A stretch of 64,000 nucleotides of DNA from Octopus sinensis (Eukaryota): contig NC_043026.1 in the NCBI RefSeq assembly GCF_006345805.1, forward strand, positions 4,836,001 through 4,900,000, given 5' to 3'. The position numbers and the translations under genes are program-made. The notes beneath the pieces are model-generated. The model was not told the DNA's origin and made no database searches. It saw nothing but the letters and a program-made list of their open reading frames with translations. Below are positions 58,430 to 64,000 of this stretch, piece after piece. Every line of letters starts with the position of its first letter. Position 1 is the stretch's first letter.

Positions 58430-59657
58430 TTAGCGTCCGTTTTCCATGCTAGCATGGGTTGGACGGTTCAACTGGGGTCAGTGAAGCCAGAAGGCTGCAT
58501 CAGGCCCAGTCTGATCTGGCAGTGTTTCTACGGCTATTTGCCTTTCCGAACGCCAACCACTCCGTGAGTGTAGTGGGTGCTTTTTACGTGCCACCCGCAC
58601 AGGTGCCAGACGGAGCTGGCAAACGGCCAAGGACGGATGGTGTTTTTTACGTGTCACCGGCACGGAGGCCAGTCGGGGCGGCGCTGGCAACGGCCACGAT
58701 CAGATGGTTCGCTTACTTGTCACCAGCACTGGTATCACAGCTGCAATTTCCACTGATGTTGATCGACTTCGATTTTGGTTCTGCTTTCTGATATCTGATT
58801 TGATTTGGTTTGATTTTGATTTTGATTTTGATTTTCACTTGTCTCAACGGGTCTTCACAAGTGGAGTTCTGTGTCCCAAGAAGGAAAGGTATGTATAAGT
58901 CGACTGGCTACATACCAGGTAGAGGCCACGGGTTATGGTCTCACTAGTCTTGCCGGGTCTTCTCACGCACAGCATACTTCCATAGGTCTATGTCTCTAGT
59001 CATTTCCTTGGTGAGACCTAAAGTTCGGAGGTCGTGCTTCACCACCTCGTCCCAGGTTTTCCTGGGTCTACCTCTTCCACAGGTTCCCTCAGCTGCTAGG
59101 GTGTGGCACTTTTGCACACAACTATCTTCATTCATTCTTGTCACATGACCATACCAGCGCAGACGTCTCTCTTGCACATCACAACTGATGCTTCTTAGGT
59201 CCAACTTTTCTCTCAAGGTACTTACACTCTGTCGATTATGAACACTGACATTACACATCCATCGGAGCATACTGGCTTCATTTCTTGCGAGCTTACGCAT
59301 ATCCTCAGCAGTCACAGCCCATGTTTCACTACCATGTAGCATGGCTGTACGTACACATGCATCATACAGTCTGCCTTTTATTCTGAGCGAGAGGCCTTTT
59401 GATACCAGCAGGGGTAAGAGCTCTCTAAACTTTGCCCAGGCTATTCTTACTCTAGCAGTTACACTTTCAGCGCACCCACTGACTTGGTCACCTAGGTAGT
59501 GGAAGCTATCTACTATTCTAGTTTTTCTCCCTGGAACGTGGTAGAAGTTGATCTCTGCACATTTTCAGTGTTTATTGCTCCTGAGCATCTGCCACAGACA
59601 AAAACTATTTTCCTAGTTAGCCTTCCTTTGGCATTGCTGCACCTCTTATGTGTCCAC
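58366..59657 (-). mobile_element. RTE-clade LINE, 5'-truncated, with long (CAT)n tail
   Basis: ORF 58944..59342 (MLHGSETW...GRPRKTW); 3' UTR nearly identical to the copy at 48946-49560. Confidence 0.92.
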
Positions 59658-60015
59658 TGCAATCAAACAGTCACAGGCTGAATGAAAACAGAAACTGTAA
59701 TGGAGTATAAATCAGATGAGGGGGAAAAATAAATAAAAGTGTTTAAAAAAAAAAGAACCAACAAAAAACAGGAGGTAATTTAGAAAAAAAGAAAGGAAAA
59801 GAAATCCAAAGCAGAAGATTAAATAAACTTTAAAAATCCTGACAGGGAAGAAATGAAAGAAATCAGACTCAACAAACATTTGACAGTAAAAATTATAAAT
59901 ATAATTTAAGAGTAAATATTGCTGAGGAAGTGAAAAACAAAATTTAAAAAATACAAAAACATAAAAAAAGAGAGAGGAAAGTTTGTAATTTTATAAATGA
60001 CATTAAATTAAACAT

Positions 60016-60848
60016 TCAGACGTTTGCCAGAATCTTAAATTCTGTATCATCTTTGTTTTGTGGATTTTTCCAGATAAACTTCTTTTGAAAATTCCAAAAT
60101 TTTTTCATCACAGCCTTCTTATTACGTAGTCGGAGGCTGCCGATTTCTTTTGATTTCATTGCTTTCAGTAGGGTCAGTGGAAGCCCCTGCAACTGTGAGT
60201 GCAGGGCTGTTGGCGAGGGAAGCAATTTGAGGAGATTGGTAAGATTTTCGACAAGCTCCCAATCCAGAGTCTTTTGAAATATGTGGAGTGTCTCTAGAAG
60301 AGCAGATAAATTCTCGTTCAAAGAAATGCTTGTTACTACTTTGCTCAAAATCTGACAAATCAGTATTTTCTTTATTATGTGATCTCGATCTTCGATGTTC
60401 TAACATTCCTCTGTGTCTGCGATTACTTGAAGAATTGTTGTTATTGGCTCTCTTATCGTGATTTCTTTTGGCCACTTGTCTGTGGACCTTTGGTTTGGCA
60501 CCTTCTGGCTTCATTTGATTGTCTTTAGAGATGTTAGATATTGGACTGAAAGGAGACAGACCTTTGTGACAATGGGATGACTTGACAGGAGAAAAATACA
60601 GAGAACTAGTGTCTTGGAATGAATCAGCTGGCAAACTTTGATTGCTGTATGAAGATTTATCTTTGCAAAGCTGATTCGTTGAATATACTGAATGAGGCAC
60701 TTTTTTTACTCTTAGCTAAAATTTGGTTGTGATTTTGTTTGGAAACAGCAGCAGTAGTAGTAGTAGTAGTAGTAGTGGTGGCAGCATTTTGCTGTTCTGA
60801 AGATGTTGAAGAAGAACCATGAAGAGCAGCATTCTGCATTTTGGAAGC

Positions 60849-60913
<65 letters not shown>

Positions 60914-62920
60914 GATGATGATGGTGATGATGATGATGATGTGATGATGATGATGATGATGATGATGATGCTGATGATGCTGATGGTGATGATGGTGATG
61001 ATGATGATGATGATGTTGGTTATTTTCCTCAAATGAAATTAATGAAAGCGAACCCATATCAATAGAAAAGGGAGAGGTAATTACTGGCCCTTTTCTCTCA
61101 AGTGATATGTCTTTCTGACTGTTTCGGGTTGATGACAGAATGTTGAAAAGAATTTGAGTCATTACTCTTATCCCTGGCTTCAACATTTTCATTCTCAGCC
61201 TCTGCTTCAGAATCACTGCTCCATGACAGACCAACACAACCAGGCGTTTCCCCAAGAGAAACAGAAAGTGAAACTGAACTGTCAGAGAGAACTATTTCAT
61301 GTTTTGTATCTCCACTTGCATTGCAAAGCAGCTGCAACTGGGATTGTTCATTGGAAGTTTCAATTTGAACAAATGCTTTGTTGCCTTCCTCAAGGGACGT
61401 ATCAAGGCTGTCACTAGCAGAAATATGTTCTTCCACTGAAGACAAATTTAGGGAACTACTAGGCAAGGGCAACTCTTGGCAAGGTCCTGATGAAGAGTCT
61501 GAAATGTTAGGTAATGGTGAAGATGTAACTGACCGGGATCATCATTCTAGACTTGAACAACCCATAGCTGCTTCTACCTGATATTACTTCTGTATTCATG
61601 CTCTCTGGAGTCGACCAAGTCTGGCTGCTACATGGATACGAAGTCTCAGATAAAATAACACTTGTATGTGACTGCAAACATGGATGTTCATTTTTGCTGT
61701 CTCTACCAGAATCAGTCAGTACCAAATCAGATTGGCCAAGACGACCAATTGTTTCATTTAAGAGATCAGCAGTTTCAGAAAATTGATTCTGGAATTATTC
61801 TTGGATTTTAAATTACTATTTACAATTCTTCTTTTGCGACTAGAAAACCAAAGGCTAGAAAGGCAACAAAAATATTTTTGTTGCTATGAAACATTTTTTT
61901 CTTCCGTTCATGGTGAGCAGACACTGGAGTGTTTTGTTCCATGTAATTCTCCAACTGACACTTTTTGATGAGTTTTCTTTTGCGAGAGATAACTTGCTGT
62001 CGCTTTGGTGATCTCTCCCATACTTTCTTGGTGCGAGCAGTTTTCTCAATTCGACACTGTTTTATATAGTGTGAATGATATTCAAACTTTCTCAGACCAC
62101 GTGGTTTGTTATAATTTTGACCATAAGGGCAGTCTGAGGTGTCCCCTGTGAAAGCAGGGTAACCATCAGTTAAACTTGATAAGGATGAAGTAGACAAAGG
62201 TTCGGCATTACCTTCATCATTAGCCTCAGTTCTATGAATACTGCTAAGGTTAGCATATGTTGGTCTCTTTTCCAAACGAGGTGTTGTAACATTTACCTCA
62301 ATGGGTTTTCTCTGTTCATCACTTGAACAGGTTTGACGCTTATCAGATATAAACTTTGTAAAAGAATCTTCCTTTGAATATTTTGTTGATTTTTTAGGCC
62401 ATGAGGAAACAGATGACAATGATGATGATAATGATGAGGACATTGGTGGTGACAGTATACCATGAGTTTTTAACGAGACAGGTTGATTTGTTGGAGACTG
62501 TACCATATTGGATGCTGAACTTTGCGACATAGGTGAACAGTACAATTTGTAATTTGTAGTCTGCCTATGTAGTATAACCGGAGGCATTGGTGTTGACTCA
62601 GAAGGACAGAGTAAATTTTTGTTCCTCGTGTCACCAACTTTTGATTGTTCAAAACTCTGATCTTCATCTTCGTCTGTGTCACTGGACATTTTTAATAGGG
62701 CTTCAATGGTACGGTTCCCATAATCTAAGCCTACATTTGAAGATGTAATTGGAAGAGGCCCGCAATGAGAAAGTTTTTCCATGTTGGGCAAAATTGTTCT
62801 ACAACCCATCCGACAGAGTGTTGTTTTTAATTTTTCTTTCACAGAATATATTACCATCTATCTTAATGTTATTCATCAAATCAGGATTGTCAACCAGTGA
62901 AGTGAGGGATCAAATGCAAC
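60016..62920 (-). pseudogene. Large coding-like block (Ser/Thr/Lys-rich, apparently disordered, helical C-terminal part), broken into several frames
   Basis: Strong acceptor at 62921 (ttttattttatttccag|). Successive ORFs 61820..62857, 61507..61725, 61098..61472, 60716..61255, 60657..60839, 60122..60700 and 60016..60348 read as one protein-like run with frameshifts and stops. Identity unknown. Confidence 0.5.
61820..62857 (-). CDS. Longest intact piece (345 aa) of the decayed block; may still be translated
   Basis: Open 345 codons; acidic DTDEDED, basic RKRKLIKK, several SP/TP sites. No recognisable domain. Confidence 0.35.
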   Translation of the reverse strand: MVIYSVKEKLKTTLCRMGCRTILPNMEKLSHCGPLPITSSNVGLDYGNRTIEALLKMSSDTDEDEDQSFEQSKVGDTRNKNLLCPSESTPMPPVILHRQTTNYKLYCSPMSQSSASNMVQSPTNQPVSLKTHGILSPPMSSSLSSSLSSVSSWPKKSTKYSKEDSFTKFISDKRQTCSSDEQRKPIEVNVTTPRLEKRPTYANLSSIHRTEANDEGNAEPLSTSSLSSLTDGYPAFTGDTSDCPYGQNYNKPRGLRKFEYHSHYIKQCRIEKTARTKKVWERSPKRQQVISRKRKLIKKCQLENYMEQNTPVSAHHERKKKMFHSNKNIFVAFLAFGFLVAKEEL

Positions 62921-63661
62921 CTGGAAATAAAAATAAAAAGGAAAATAAATAATAAATAAAATAATTATTGAGTAGTCACAAGAAGTCCTACCATCCCATT
63001 TTTTTGCTTCAATAAATCTGTGGTTGAACATCATCGTCATCATCCTTTCATGTCCATTTTCCAGACTGGCAAGCCGAAGAACTCTACCAGATTCCAGTCT
63101 GATTTAGCTTGGTTTTTATGGCTGGAAGTGCTTCCTAACACCAACCACTTAACAGTGTGTGCTGGATGCTTTTTATGTGGCACCAGCATGGGAGCTATTA
63201 CATGGCTCCTGTGCCGGTGCCATGTAAAAAAAAAACATCTATGTAAAATAATAGATTCCTTAAATATGCGCAGAGCTCAGTGTAACATAAAGTCTAAGCT
63301 GGATTCATAACCTGAACTTGTGCTTTACCAACCAGAACCCTTCATACATTTGTCAGTATTTTTGTTGCTATTTGGTTTTCTAGCCTTGTAACACAAAACT
63401 TTATTCAAGCTTCTGTTTATGGTTCCTCTTTCTTATCTTTTGCTTGTTTCAGTCATTAGACTCTGGCCATGCTGGAACACTGTTTTCAAGGATTTAGTCA
63501 AACAAATCGATCCCAATACTTAGCTTTTTTTTTCGGGTCTGATATTTATTCTACTAGTTTCTTTTTGCTGAGCTGCTAGGTTACAGTGATGTAAATGAAC
63601 TAACACCAGTTGTCAAGTGGTGGATGGGGACAAATACAACACAAATAGATATATATGCATA

Positions 63662-63826
63662 GGCGCAGGAGTGGCTGTGTGGTAAGTAGTTTGCTTACCA
63701 ACCACATGGTTCCGGGTTCAGTCCCACTGCGTGGTATCTTGGGCAAGTGTCTTCTGCTATAGCCCCGAGCCGACCAATGCCTTGTAAGTGGATTTGGTAG
63801 ATGGAAACTGAAAGAAGCCTGTCATA

Positions 63827-63881
<55 letters not shown>

Positions 63882-64000
63882 ATGTGTTTGTGTGTCTGTG
63901 TTTGTCCCCCTAGCATTGCTTGACAACCAATGCTGATGTGTTTATGTCCCCGTCACTTAGCGTTTCGGCAAAAAGAGACCGCTAGAATAAGTATAGGGCT
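63662..64000 (+). mobile_element. tRNA-derived SINE, family A (runs off window end)
   Basis: ggcgcaggagtggctgtgtggtaag...ggttcagtcccactgcgtgg..cttgggcaagtgtc, TA tract, then tail. Confidence 0.9.

Overview
AT-rich, repeat-dense eukaryotic DNA. The SINE and RTE families and the microsatellite load look like an octopus or other coleoid cephalopod; this is inference from the repeat repertoire, not a database match. The only clearly intact long coding sequence is an intronless 1793-aa ORF (5108-10489, minus strand), which appears to be a short helical N-terminus followed by six tandem NHL/TolB-type beta-propeller modules about 260 aa apart. Upstream on the same strand lie scattered short GT-AG exon candidates, several of them locally duplicated, a triplicated decayed exon (38-42 kb) and a 2.9-kb coding-like but frameshifted block (60.0-62.9 kb). 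Together these suggest a partly decayed, repeatedly duplicated multi-exon locus. Mobile DNA: a 6.2-kb Penelope-like element (RT + C-terminal GIY-YIG, inverted partial copy, minimal hammerhead-like motifs in its pseudo-LTRs, inserted in a TA tract); five 5'-truncated RTE LINEs with a PHD-like finger inside the RT region, two of them tail-to-tail; many tRNA-derived SINEs; and several MITEs, including a 789-bp palindrome and a TTAA piggyBac-type MITE. There is also a near-identical 1.87-kb tandem duplication at 1.1-4.8 kb. Most short ORFs in the track are microsatellite or antisense artefacts. All identities are by-eye estimates.
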